From Thermodesulfobacteriota bacterium (GTDB lineage Bacteria; Desulfobacterota; Desulfobacteria; Desulfobacterales; SURF-7), in NCBI GenBank assembly GCA_049320885.1, contig JBMORA010000038.1, positions 34,233-98,232 of the forward strand: a stretch of 64,000 nucleotides of DNA, written 5' to 3'. Made by a program: the position numbers and the translations under genes. The first letter of the stretch is position 1; every line of letters starts with the position of its first letter. A model generated the notes under the pieces. The model did not search any database. It saw nothing but the letters and a program-made list of their open reading frames with translations, and was not told the DNA's origin. Positions 16,875 to 26,286 of this stretch are shown here, piece by piece.

Positions 16875-19280
16875 ATGGCTAGGAAGATCAGAAAGGCAGC
16901 GGTAATCGGTTCTGGAATCATGGGCGGCGGCATCGCCGCACTGTTGGCCGGAGCCGGGGTGCCGACATTGTTGCTCGACATTGTTCCCTTTGATTTGAAG
17001 GAAGAAGAAAAAAAGGATCCCAAGGCCAGAAACCGCATCGTCACCGCCGGACTGGAAAATGCCCAGAAGGCCAAGCCGGCGCTGTTTTTTGACAAAAAGG
17101 ATGCGGCCCTGATCCAGACCGGCAACCTGGAAGATGATTTCCACAAGCTGGCCGAGTGCGACTGGATTTGCGAAGTCGTTGTTGAAAACCTGAAAATCAA
17201 ACAGGCCTTGTTCAAACGCATCGAGGGAATCCGTAAGCCGGACACCATCGTGTCTTCCAACACCTCCGGCATTCCGCTGAAAGACATGTCCGAAGGTCTT
17301 TCCAAGGAATTCAAACAGCATTTCCTGGGCACCCATTTCTTCAACCCGGTGCGCTACATGCATCTGCTGGAAATCATTCCGGGACAGGAAACCCTGCCCG
17401 AAATCCTCAAGTTCATGGCCGATTTCGGTGAAAGAACCCTTGGCAAAGGCATTGTCTGGGCCAAGGACACCCCCAACTTCATCGGCAACCGCATCGGCAT
17501 CCACGGCATCGGCAAGGCCATGCAGGTCATGCTGGAAGACGGTCTGACCATTCCGGAAGTCGACGCCCTGTTCGGAGTACCCATGGGCCGGCCCAAGACC
17601 GCCATTTTCAAGACCTCGGACCTGGTGGGCCTGGACACCATGAAACATGTCACCGACAACACTTATCAACTCTGCACCGCGGACGAGGAACGCAATACCT
17701 TCATCGTGCCTGAATTCGTCAAAAAGATGGTGGAGAACAAACAGCTCGGCGACAAGACCAAAGCCGGTTTCTATAAGACGGACCTGACGCCGGAATGGAA
17801 AAAAATCCGCAAGGTCGTCAATCCCAAGACCGGCGAATACGAAGAATACGCCAAAGTGGAATTTCCCTGCCTGGAAGCGTCCAAGAACGCCAAAACCCTG
17901 GCCGACAAAGTGAAGGCCGTGGTATACGGCGACGACAAGGGCGCCAAATACGCCTGGAAGGTGGCCGCCGCCGGTTTCATTTATGCCGCCAACCGCATCC
18001 CCGAGATTTCCGACACCATCGTGGAAATCGACAATGCCATGAAATGGGGCTACAATTTTGAAATGGGCCCCTTTGAGACCTGGGACGCCATCGGCGTGAA
18101 AGAGTCCGTGGCCAAAATGGAAAAAGACGGTATGACCGTGCCGGAAAAAGTCAAGAAGATGCTGGCCGCCGGCAACGCCACTTTCTACAAGCTGGAAAAC
18201 GGCAAGAAAATGTTTTTCGATTTCGCCTCCGGCAGCTACAAGCCCATTCAGACCAGTGAAAAATGCCTGGTCCTGGAAAACTTCAAGGCCCAGAAGAAGG
18301 TCGTGCTGTCCAATCCCTCCTGCTCGCTCATCGACATCGGCGACGGCGTATTTAACCTCGAATTCCACTCCAAGATGAACGCCATCAACAAGGATATGGT
18401 GGATTTCATGATGGAAGCCGGCGAATATGTCCTGAACCACGGTGTCGGCATGGTCATCGGCAACCAGGCTCCCGGTATGCCCGGCGCCTTCTCCGCCGGC
18501 GGGGATCTGGCCTTCATGCTCGGACTGGCCAGGGCCGGGAAGTTCGATGAAATCGACGCCTTCATCAAGAATGTCCACAAAGGCATCATGGGCACCCGTT
18601 ATGCCCCCTATCCCGTCGTGGCGGCGCCTTTCGGCATGACCCTGGGCGGCGGCTGTGAAGTCTGCCTGTCCGCCGACCGCATCGTGGCCCACACGGAACT
18701 GTTCATGGGCCTGGTGGAAATCGGCGCCGGTCTGGTCCCCGGCGGCTGCGGCATGATCAACCTGTGGCGGAAATTCATGGATTCAGTGCCCGAATGCGCC
18801 AAGGTGACGGATCTGGGCGCCTTCTTTATCCCGGCCTTCATGAACGTGGCCCAGGCGAAGGTTTCCATGTCCGCAGCCCAGGCCCGCAAGAACGGTTTCC
18901 TGGGTCCCCAGGACCGCATTGTCTTCAACAAGGATCTGCTCATCGGCGAAGCCAAAAAAGAAGTGCTGAAGATGCTGGATGACGGCTATGCACCGCCCCG
19001 GAAAAACAAGATCCCGGTCTTCGGACGGGAAGCGCACGGAATGCTGTGGTCTGAAATGCTCAACATGAAATCCGGCGGATTTATCACGCCGCATATGGAA
19101 TTCATCGCCAAGAAAGCGGCTTACTGCATGTCCGGTGGTGATGTTCCCCAGGGAACCCTCGTGGACGAGGAATACCTGATGACCCTCGAACGGGAAGCCT
19201 TCGTGGAATTGTGGAAAACGGAGAACACCCAGAAGATGGCCGAGCACATCATGAACACCGGCAAACCCTTAATGCTGTAA
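16875..19280 (+). CDS. 3-hydroxyacyl-CoA dehydrogenase / enoyl-CoA hydratase (FadN-like)
   Basis: AVIGSGIMG, SSNTSGI, HFFNP, KDTPNFIGNR, crotonase domain (FSAGGDL, LGGGCE); AGGAGG RBS. Confidence 0.93.
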   Translation: MARKIRKAAVIGSGIMGGGIAALLAGAGVPTLLLDIVPFDLKEEEKKDPKARNRIVTAGLENAQKAKPALFFDKKDAALIQTGNLEDDFHKLAECDWICEVVVENLKIKQALFKRIEGIRKPDTIVSSNTSGIPLKDMSEGLSKEFKQHFLGTHFFNPVRYMHLLEIIPGQETLPEILKFMADFGERTLGKGIVWAKDTPNFIGNRIGIHGIGKAMQVMLEDGLTIPEVDALFGVPMGRPKTAIFKTSDLVGLDTMKHVTDNTYQLCTADEERNTFIVPEFVKKMVENKQLGDKTKAGFYKTDLTPEWKKIRKVVNPKTGEYEEYAKVEFPCLEASKNAKTLADKVKAVVYGDDKGAKYAWKVAAAGFIYAANRIPEISDTIVEIDNAMKWGYNFEMGPFETWDAIGVKESVAKMEKDGMTVPEKVKKMLAAGNATFYKLENGKKMFFDFASGSYKPIQTSEKCLVLENFKAQKKVVLSNPSCSLIDIGDGVFNLEFHSKMNAINKDMVDFMMEAGEYVLNHGVGMVIGNQAPGMPGAFSAGGDLAFMLGLARAGKFDEIDAFIKNVHKGIMGTRYAPYPVVAAPFGMTLGGGCEVCLSADRIVAHTELFMGLVEIGAGLVPGGCGMINLWRKFMDSVPECAKVTDLGAFFIPAFMNVAQAKVSMSAAQARKNGFLGPQDRIVFNKDLLIGEAKKEVLKMLDDGYAPPRKNKIPVFGREAHGMLWSEMLNMKSGGFITPHMEFIAKKAAYCMSGGDVPQGTLVDEEYLMTLEREAFVELWKTENTQKMAEHIMNTGKPLML

Positions 19281-19307
19281 GATAACCGTTTATAGGAGGA
19301 AAGACTC

Positions 19308-20513
19308 ATGACTGAAGCATATATTGTTACATCGCTGAGAACCCCCGGATGCAGAAGGGGGAAAGGGGCTTTTGCACAGACCCGGCCGGAAGACCTTCTC
19401 AAAGCCGTCTTGACCGCCGTGATCGAAAAGACCCCGGGTGTGGAAAAGAAGGATGTGGAAGACATTCTGATCGGTTGCGCCTTTCCGGAGGCGGAACAGG
19501 GACTGAATGTGGGGCGCATCGTGGCCCAGATGGCCGGGTTCCCGGATGATACCTGCGGCGCCGTGGTCAACCGTTTCTGTTCTTCCGGCCTGGAAGCCAT
19601 CGCCCTGCAGGCCATGCGGATCAAGGCCGGCTGGTGTGACGTCGCCATCGGCGGGGGCCTGGAATCCATGTCCATCGTTCCCATGGGCGGCAATATGCCG
19701 CGGCCTCATCCGGACTGGGCCAAGGAAAATCCGGATGTGTATATGTCCATGGGCGTCACGGCGGAAAACGTGGCCAACCGGTATAAAATCACCCGGGCCA
19801 TGCAGGATGAATTCGCTTTCCATTCCCAGGCCAAGGCCGGCAATGCCAAGGCCAAGGGGCTGTTCAAGGAGATTGTGCCCACCACCGCCACCAGATACGT
19901 GGAAAAGGACGGCCGTTGGGTCAAGGAAACCTTTGTTCAGAGTTTTGACGACGGCATCCGCGACACCACCATGGAAGGGCTCACCAAACTGCGGCCGGTC
20001 TTCGCCGCCATGGGTTCCGTCACCGCCGGCAACTCCTCCCAGACCACCGACGGCGCCGCCGCCACCCTGATCATGAGCGAGGCGGCCGTGAAAAAGTTCG
20101 GTCTGAAACCCATCGCCAAGGTGAAATGCTACACCGTGGCCGGCTGCCGGGCGGATGAAATGGGCGTCGGTCCGGCTTACGCCATTCCCAAAGCACTGAA
20201 GATGGCCGGCCTGAAAGTGGAGGACATCGGCCTGTGGGAAGTCAACGAGGCCTTCGCCTCCCAGGCGATCTACAGCATGCAGCAACTCGGTGTCTATGAC
20301 AAAAAAGAGTTGTGGATGGCCGACAGCGACAAGCGCATCATCAATGTCAACGGCGGCGCCATTGCCCTGGGTCATCCCCTGGGATGCACCGGCGCCAAGC
20401 TCTGCGCCCAGTTGGTAAACGGCATGCGCGAACGCGGTGCCAAGTACGGCGTCGAGTCCATGTGTATCGGCGGCGGCATGGGCGCGGCGGCGATCTTCGA
20501 GCTCTGCGACTAA
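19308..20513 (+). CDS. Acetyl-CoA C-acyltransferase (thiolase)
   Basis: NRFCSSG, NEAFA, GHPLGCTG, MCIGGGMG. Confidence 0.95.
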   Translation: MTEAYIVTSLRTPGCRRGKGAFAQTRPEDLLKAVLTAVIEKTPGVEKKDVEDILIGCAFPEAEQGLNVGRIVAQMAGFPDDTCGAVVNRFCSSGLEAIALQAMRIKAGWCDVAIGGGLESMSIVPMGGNMPRPHPDWAKENPDVYMSMGVTAENVANRYKITRAMQDEFAFHSQAKAGNAKAKGLFKEIVPTTATRYVEKDGRWVKETFVQSFDDGIRDTTMEGLTKLRPVFAAMGSVTAGNSSQTTDGAAATLIMSEAAVKKFGLKPIAKVKCYTVAGCRADEMGVGPAYAIPKALKMAGLKVEDIGLWEVNEAFASQAIYSMQQLGVYDKKELWMADSDKRIINVNGGAIALGHPLGCTGAKLCAQLVNGMRERGAKYGVESMCIGGGMGAAAIFELCD

Positions 20514-20558
20514 ACCGGAGTCCGGACAGGCAGCATCGTCCTTCCCGGTACTGAAATG

Positions 20559-20595
20559 AAAAGAGGGGACGCCTTGGGGCGGCCCCTCTTTTTTT
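20559..20595 (+). terminator. Rho-independent terminator
   Basis: AAAAGAGGGG...CCCCTCTTTT stem followed by a T run. Confidence 0.8.
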
Positions 20596-20724
20596 GGGGA
20601 AAGCCAGGAACTCTTTCCTTCAGGCGCATCGAGGCTGGAAGTTTCTTCCACCACCGCCCCCGTTTTTTCTTGCGTTTCCCTTTGGCTTTGTGTCCAGCCG
20701 GGATGAAGGCCCACCTGTTTTATC

Positions 20725-20762
20725 TTCTGCAGCATCTGCGTAAATCGGCGTAATCTGCGGAT
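20725..20762. repeat. Short degenerate ~9-bp-period repeat (ATCTGCGT-like)
   Basis: ttctgcagc atctgcgta aatcggcgt aatctgcgg. Confidence 0.5.
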
Positions 20763-20947
20763 AGAAAAAAAGATACGGAAAGGCGGGATTTGATTTACAT
20801 CCGATTTCCCGGGCGGCTGTGAAAAGCACGCTTTACAAAGCCCGGGCGGGTTTGGTACATATTGAGTCTCACCACACGGCGGCTGGAAGCCGCGGGATGG
20901 CTTCCCGGCCCGGGCGACATACCGATCATAACACAGGGAAGACGGCC

Positions 20948-23059
20948 ATGAGTGAGTTGCGAAACACGCGGACGACCATTTTGAACACCGGAACCCCGGC
21001 GGAAAAGCGGGAGGAGATCCGGGAGTATTTCCACCGGACCTACCGTATCGACGAGCAACTGTACGAGACCCTGGCCACGGATGCGGCCTTTTACATCCGG
21101 GCCGAGCCCCTGAGGCATCCGCTGATTTTCTACCTGGGACATACGGCCGCCTTTTACGTCAACAAGCTGATCATCGCCAACATCATCGACCGGCGCGTCA
21201 ACCCGCGCTTCGAGTCCATGTTCGCCGTGGGTGTGGATGAAATGTCCTGGGACGATCTCAACGAGGCCCATTATGATTGGCCCACGGTGGCGGAGGTCAA
21301 GGCCTACCGCAACGAGGTCCGGAACCTGGTGGACCGGGTGATCCGGGAGCTGCCCCTTTCCCTGCCCATCACCTGGGACACTCCCTTCTGGGCCGTGATG
21401 ATGGGCATCGAGCATCAGCGCATTCATCTGGAGACATCTTCGGTGATCATCCGGCGGGTGCCCATCGAAATGGTGCGGCAGCTGCCCCTCTGGGAGATCT
21501 GCCCGGAATCCGGAGAAGCGCCGGAGAATTGGCTGCTGCCCGTTCGGGGCGGAAAAGTGGCGCTGGGCAAGACCAAGGATCATCCGCTCTACGGCTGGGA
21601 CAACGAATTCGGCCGGCATGAATCCGAGGTCTGGGATTTTTCGGCCGGCAAATATCTGGTCTCCAATCGGGAATACCTGGATTTCGTCCGGGACGACGGG
21701 TACCGGAAGCCGGAATTCTGGACCGAGGAGGGCCGGGACTGGGTGAAGTACTCCCGGGCGCGCCAGCCGCTGTTCTGGGTTGTTTCCGGCGACGACTACC
21801 GCCTGCGCACCATGGCGAGCATCATCCCCATGCCCTGGGACTGGCCAGTGGAAGTCAATTACCTGGAGGCCAAGGCCTTCTGCAACTGGCTCGGCCGGCG
21901 GACCGGCGGAAACCTGCGGCTGCCCACCGAGGACGAATGGTATCGCCTGCGGGATCTGCACGGGATTCCGGATCAGCCTTACTGGGCCAAGGCGCCGGGC
22001 AACATCAACCTGGAGCACTGGGCTTCCTCCTGCCCGGTCACCCGCTTCCCGTTCGGTGAGTTCTTCGATCTTATCGGCAATGTCTGGCAGTGGACCGAAA
22101 CCCCCATCACCGGTTTCGAAGGTTTTTCGGTTCATCCCTTTTACGATGATTTTTCCACCCCGACCTTCGACACCCGGCACAACCTGATCAAGGGCGGCTC
22201 CTGGATTTCCACCGGCAACGAGGCCACCCGGGATGCCCGCTATGCCTTCCGGCGGCATTTTTTCCAGCACGCCGGCTTTCGCTATGTGGCTTCGGAGCAG
22301 AAGGTGGTGCTGCCGGAGGCCATGTATGAAACCGACCAGGCCGTTTCCCAGTACTGCGAATTCCATTACGGCGACACGTATTTCGGCGTGGACAATTTTC
22401 CGGCGGCCTGCGCCCGGTACTGTCTTGAACTGATGGAGGGGCGGCCCAGAAAACGCGCCCTGGATCTCGGCTGCGCCGTGGGCCGGGCCGGTTTTGAGTT
22501 GGCCCGGGAATTCGAGTTCGTCAACGGGTTGGATTTTTCGGCCCGTTTCATCCGTATCGCCTTCCAGCTCCAGGAAAAAGGCGTCACGCATTACGAGCTG
22601 GTGGAAGAAGGTGACATCGTCTCTTATCATGAAAAACGGTTGGCGGATTTCGGTCTTACGGCGGCGGCGGGGCGGATCGAGTTCTATCAGGCCGACGCCG
22701 CCAACCTGAAACCCCGCTATGCGGAGTATGACCTGATCCTGGCCGCCAATCTGATCGACCGGTTGTCCGATCCGCCGAAATTCCTATCGTCCATTCATGA
22801 GCGGCTCCATCCGGGGGGCCTGCTGGTGATCGCCTCGCCCTATACCTGGATGACGGAATTCACGCCCAAGGACAAATGGATCGGCGGCATCCGCAAAAGC
22901 GGAGAACCCTTCACGACATTGGAGGGATTGCGGGAATATCTTGGGCCCCATTTCCGGATGACGGGGGAGCCCCGGGACATCGAATTCGTGCTGCGGGAAA
23001 CCCGGCGGAAATTTCAGCATTCGGTCAGTCAGGTGACGGCCTGGGAGCGGGTGCGGTGA
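20948..23059 (+). CDS. ovoA: 5-histidylcysteine sulfoxide synthase OvoA (DinB + FGE-sulfatase + methyltransferase)
   Basis: LRHPLIFYLGHT, FAVGVDEMSWDD, EHQRIHLETSSV (HxxxHxE), YGWDNEFG, FRRHFFQHAGFR, ALDLGCAVGR. Confidence 0.93.
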   Translation: MSELRNTRTTILNTGTPAEKREEIREYFHRTYRIDEQLYETLATDAAFYIRAEPLRHPLIFYLGHTAAFYVNKLIIANIIDRRVNPRFESMFAVGVDEMSWDDLNEAHYDWPTVAEVKAYRNEVRNLVDRVIRELPLSLPITWDTPFWAVMMGIEHQRIHLETSSVIIRRVPIEMVRQLPLWEICPESGEAPENWLLPVRGGKVALGKTKDHPLYGWDNEFGRHESEVWDFSAGKYLVSNREYLDFVRDDGYRKPEFWTEEGRDWVKYSRARQPLFWVVSGDDYRLRTMASIIPMPWDWPVEVNYLEAKAFCNWLGRRTGGNLRLPTEDEWYRLRDLHGIPDQPYWAKAPGNINLEHWASSCPVTRFPFGEFFDLIGNVWQWTETPITGFEGFSVHPFYDDFSTPTFDTRHNLIKGGSWISTGNEATRDARYAFRRHFFQHAGFRYVASEQKVVLPEAMYETDQAVSQYCEFHYGDTYFGVDNFPAACARYCLELMEGRPRKRALDLGCAVGRAGFELAREFEFVNGLDFSARFIRIAFQLQEKGVTHYELVEEGDIVSYHEKRLADFGLTAAAGRIEFYQADAANLKPRYAEYDLILAANLIDRLSDPPKFLSSIHERLHPGGLLVIASPYTWMTEFTPKDKWIGGIRKSGEPFTTLEGLREYLGPHFRMTGEPRDIEFVLRETRRKFQHSVSQVTAWERVR

Positions 23060-23069
23060 TTCCCGATGG

Positions 23070-25253
23070 TTATTCCTGAAAGCGGCCGGGGAAAGACGGA
23101 TAGGTCGCGGACGGCGTTCCTGCCCGGCTGAGGTTGTCGGCCTCTGCGAGAATTTGGTTGAAGCGGTGCTTCATCTCGTAGAAGCCGTGCCACCAGGCGT
23201 AATCCGGCGCCATCATGGCGGCGCCCATGCGGGCCCTGCGGCCTTCATGATGCCAGAATTCATAGAATTCCCATTCCAGTGGTTCGTCGAAATAGAGCTG
23301 CCGGGACAACCTCCCCTGTTCATACAATCTGTCCATGATTTTCCGGACCGGCAGGTAGTAAACCTCGTTGTAGTTCTTCACCGTGTCGTCCAGGTTGCGG
23401 AAGTGATCCATCACCCAACCTTCGGAATGGCACTGGCGGCAGACCGTTTCCATCCGGCCCCGGGCCGTCCGCCAATCCACCGCCGCCGGGAAGGGGGTGA
23501 ATTCCGCTGGCCGGATGGTGAGGGGCGCCTGGGTTTCCCAGGAAAGGCGCCCGGTGACGTCATGGGTGGCGGCCTCGGCTCCGGCGGCGGACATATGACA
23601 GGCCGCGCAGGTAGGGGCGCGGTAGTCCCGGCCGGCGGTCCAGGACCGGTCGGCGGGATCCCAGCTCCAGCCTTGACCTTCGGTGCCATAGAGGGCGCCG
23701 TGTTTGGATTCGTTGTAAATCTCCATCTGGGGATGATCCGGCCCCAGATGACACTGGCCGCAGGCCTCGGGCTTGCGGGCCTCGGCAATGGAAAAGCGGT
23801 GGCGGGTATGGCAGCTGCTGCAACTGCCTTTGCTGCCGTCCGGATTGATGCGGCCCACGCCCACGTTGGGCCAGCCGGCTACCGGCCGGCCGTTTTCAAG
23901 GACCACCTCCGTACCGTGGCAGGCCAGACAGCCCACGGTCCGTTCCACCTGGTTGTTCATGCCGTCCTTCAGCCAGGAATCCACGGCCCACATGATCTGG
24001 TGGGTGTTGGCATGCTTGCTGACCGCATAGGCCTGGGCCTCCTTGGGATGGCAGCCGCTGCAGGTGACCGGGCTGACCACCGCGGAGATTTTTCGCGGAT
24101 CATGGGCCAGATGGGAGGCAAGCGCGGCCTGATCGTTGCCGGGCTGGTGGCATTTATAACATCCCACGCCTACACCGGCGTGAACGCTCGCCCGCCAGTC
24201 CTGGTAAATGCCGGGGGTTTTGAGACGGTGGCAGGCGATGCAGCTCTGATCGGCCACGATTTCGGGGCGGGTTTCCGGCAGGAGACGCCAGGGCAGGTTC
24301 CAGCGCCACAAGCCGATGCAACCCAGAATCAGGAAAATGATCACGAGATTCGTATAGGCCATGGCCACGAACACCTTCCGGATGGTCGGCCGGCCGGCCT
24401 GGGCTTCGCCTGCGGCGATCCCGCCCATCCGCCGGACTCTGGCCAGCACTTCCGGGCCGTGGGGAGCCCCGGCCATGGCAGCGGTCAGGTCACCGCCGGC
24501 CTGGTGTCTGCCGAAGTGACGGCCGTCCTTCCACTTGGGGCTTTCGGTGACGTCATAGACCGTTCCGTCATGGACGATATAGGCCGGGTTGCCGTCCGCG
24601 CCGGTATACCGGCCGAGGGTCTCCCGGGTGATTCCGTCCTCCGTCTGCGACGGGACTTCCCTGGCGTTTTTCAGCCGGCCGTGAACAATGGTGACGGCGC
24701 AGAGTCCGATGGCCACCATGAGAGCGAACAGCAGGATTTTGATGAACAACAGAAGTCCGAAGGAGTTGTTGAAGAATTGCTCCAGGCGGTCGATGCGATA
24801 CCAGGTAAGATAGACCCCGCTGAGGGTCAGCAGGGCCATGCAGGAAAGCCCCAGAATGCGTTCGGGTTTCGGAATGCCGCCGGTGAGGCGGCCGGGCCGC
24901 ACAAAAATGTGAATATAGAAAATGGCGCCGAAGAAAATGACCGCCGCCACCAGATGGATATATCCGATGAGAAAGCGCAGCACCTGATGATGAGGCGTCT
25001 GCAGGGCGGCGGCTTTGTCCAGGACGGCCCGGGAAATGGGATAGCGATAGCCGTTGCGGATATAGGCGAATCCCGCCGGCCGCAAGGCGCCGCCGGCGTT
25101 TTCCTGATGGCAGAAAATGCAACCCTTGCCGGTCCGCCGGGCGTATTCATCCGTGGCGGTAGCCGGACCGGGAACCATTGCCAGCCACAAACCGGTCAAT
25201 AGTATCAGCTGGATAATCAACAATCGCTTGCGGAAGGGATGGTGGGGCGACAT
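23070..25253 (-). CDS. Membrane multiheme cytochrome c: CxxCH + CopD-like TMs + cytochrome b5-like domain + HAO-family octaheme domain
   Basis: Nine CxxCH (CIFCH; CIACH, CYKCH, CSGCH, CLACH, CSSCH, CGQCH, CAACH, CRQCH); VYDVT..W..GRH..RHQAG.DLT...APHG b5-like; HHEGRRARMG...PDYAWWHG. Confidence 0.88.
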   Translation of the reverse strand: MSPHHPFRKRLLIIQLILLTGLWLAMVPGPATATDEYARRTGKGCIFCHQENAGGALRPAGFAYIRNGYRYPISRAVLDKAAALQTPHHQVLRFLIGYIHLVAAVIFFGAIFYIHIFVRPGRLTGGIPKPERILGLSCMALLTLSGVYLTWYRIDRLEQFFNNSFGLLLFIKILLFALMVAIGLCAVTIVHGRLKNAREVPSQTEDGITRETLGRYTGADGNPAYIVHDGTVYDVTESPKWKDGRHFGRHQAGGDLTAAMAGAPHGPEVLARVRRMGGIAAGEAQAGRPTIRKVFVAMAYTNLVIIFLILGCIGLWRWNLPWRLLPETRPEIVADQSCIACHRLKTPGIYQDWRASVHAGVGVGCYKCHQPGNDQAALASHLAHDPRKISAVVSPVTCSGCHPKEAQAYAVSKHANTHQIMWAVDSWLKDGMNNQVERTVGCLACHGTEVVLENGRPVAGWPNVGVGRINPDGSKGSCSSCHTRHRFSIAEARKPEACGQCHLGPDHPQMEIYNESKHGALYGTEGQGWSWDPADRSWTAGRDYRAPTCAACHMSAAGAEAATHDVTGRLSWETQAPLTIRPAEFTPFPAAVDWRTARGRMETVCRQCHSEGWVMDHFRNLDDTVKNYNEVYYLPVRKIMDRLYEQGRLSRQLYFDEPLEWEFYEFWHHEGRRARMGAAMMAPDYAWWHGFYEMKHRFNQILAEADNLSRAGTPSATYPSFPGRFQE

Positions 25254-25290
25254 GGCTTCCCTTCATAGCGGTTTTTAGGGTCTATGTCAA

Positions 25291-25309
25291 ATTAATAATT
25301 ATTGTTATC
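25291..25309 (-). promoter_or_regulatory. Fur-family-like box upstream of the cytochrome gene
   Basis: GATAACAATAATTATTAAT, 14/19 match to GATAATGATAATCATTATC, in an AT-rich island. Confidence 0.5.
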
Positions 25310-25334
25310 AATTGGTTAAGGGCGCGTTGGCGGG

Positions 25335-25363
25335 CCGGGAAACCGCGCTGGACGGTTTCCCGG
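25335..25363 (-). terminator. Stem-loop after the zraP-like gene
   Basis: CCGGGAAACCG-N7-CGGTTTCCCGG perfect 11-bp stem; no clear U-tract. Confidence 0.45.
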
Positions 25364-25392
25364 TTATTCGGTGACGGGAGGACCGGGAGATG

Positions 25393-25836
25393 TCATTGCT
25401 GCCAGGGGCAGCCGCCTTTTCCACCCATTTTCCCCATTCCGCCGTGGCCAACGCGGCCTTTGCCCATGCAACCATCCGACCCCATGCCGCAGCCGGGCCC
25501 GGCTCCACAGGGCATCCCCAGGGCCAGGGCCTTGAGACGGATTTGATCCTGAAGTTTGGTCATTTCCCGGGAAAGCTCGCCGGCCCGCTTAGGATCCGGA
25601 TCTTCCTGGGCCATGATGGCCCGATACTCACCGCGCTTGGCGGCCAACTCCTCCCGCAGGGGCGCGGTTTCCGCCAGGAATTTCTGGTGGGTTTCCGGGT
25701 TCGCCAGGGCGGGACAGCCGCTGGCCGGTCGTTTGGGACCGTTTTCCGCGGGGACAGCGTCCGGCTGGGCAACCACTTGGGTGCCGGTGATGAGCAAGAC
25801 CGCTGCCATGATGGCGATCCATCCGATTCGTTTCAT
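25393..25836 (-). CDS. Periplasmic ZraP/Spy/CpxP-family protein
   Basis: Signal peptide; KFLAETAPLREELAAKRGEYRAIM...PD..RAGEL..E...L; Gly/Met/Cys-rich tail. Confidence 0.85.
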   Translation of the reverse strand: MKRIGWIAIMAAVLLITGTQVVAQPDAVPAENGPKRPASGCPALANPETHQKFLAETAPLREELAAKRGEYRAIMAQEDPDPKRAGELSREMTKLQDQIRLKALALGMPCGAGPGCGMGSDGCMGKGRVGHGGMGKMGGKGGCPWQQ

Positions 25837-25907
25837 ACGGGTACCTCCTGATTGGGTTATGGGTGATTCGGTTTTCCGAAATTCGGTTCCGATGACGACA
25901 TGGGTTT

Positions 25908-25923
25908 AGCAACCTGCGTGCCA
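25908..25923 (-). promoter_or_regulatory. sigma54 (-24/-12) promoter of the zraP-like gene
   Basis: Minus strand TGGCACGCAGGTTGCT = TGGCAC-N5-TTGC. Confidence 0.85.
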
Positions 25924-26022
25924 GGTTCGATTCGGTCAAACCGATATTCCAGTGGATATACCTGGTACGTCCATTCCCGGCATATTCCCGGATTCGGCGG
26001 TGGCCGGAAAACAGGAGGAAGG

Positions 26023-26083
26023 TGGGGTGTTTTTACCCATTTTCCGGTTGAACCGGCAGCAAGGTGTTTACAAATTACCCACA
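26023..26083. promoter_or_regulatory. Tandem upstream activator sites for the ZraR-like regulator
   Basis: TGGGGTGTTTTTACCCA palindrome and a second half-site AATTACCCA about 40 bp on, 100-160 bp upstream of the sigma54 promoter. Confidence 0.55.
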
Positions 26084-26286
26084 TATGATACCCTGGCATA
26101 TCTCCCAAGGGGATGAAATCCAAGCGATCCTTCCCAGGCCGGATTGGTACTGTCCTTGCTTTACCACAGGACGGCAATTGGGAAAAGCAGTTATGTCCGA
26201 TTCCGGGCAAGGCATCGGCTTGCGGGAAGCAAAGTCCCCCGGATTGCAAGTCGCGACATCGTCAACATCCGACAGGAAGCGGTTGT

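Noticed and set aside
16827..18692. 621-aa minus-strand ORF (likewise 19290-20735, 20795-22630, 23154-25202, 26332-27693, 34829-36475, 58673-59902)
   Set aside because: Antisense shadows of well-supported genes, expected from GC-rich codon bias; no recognisable motifs.
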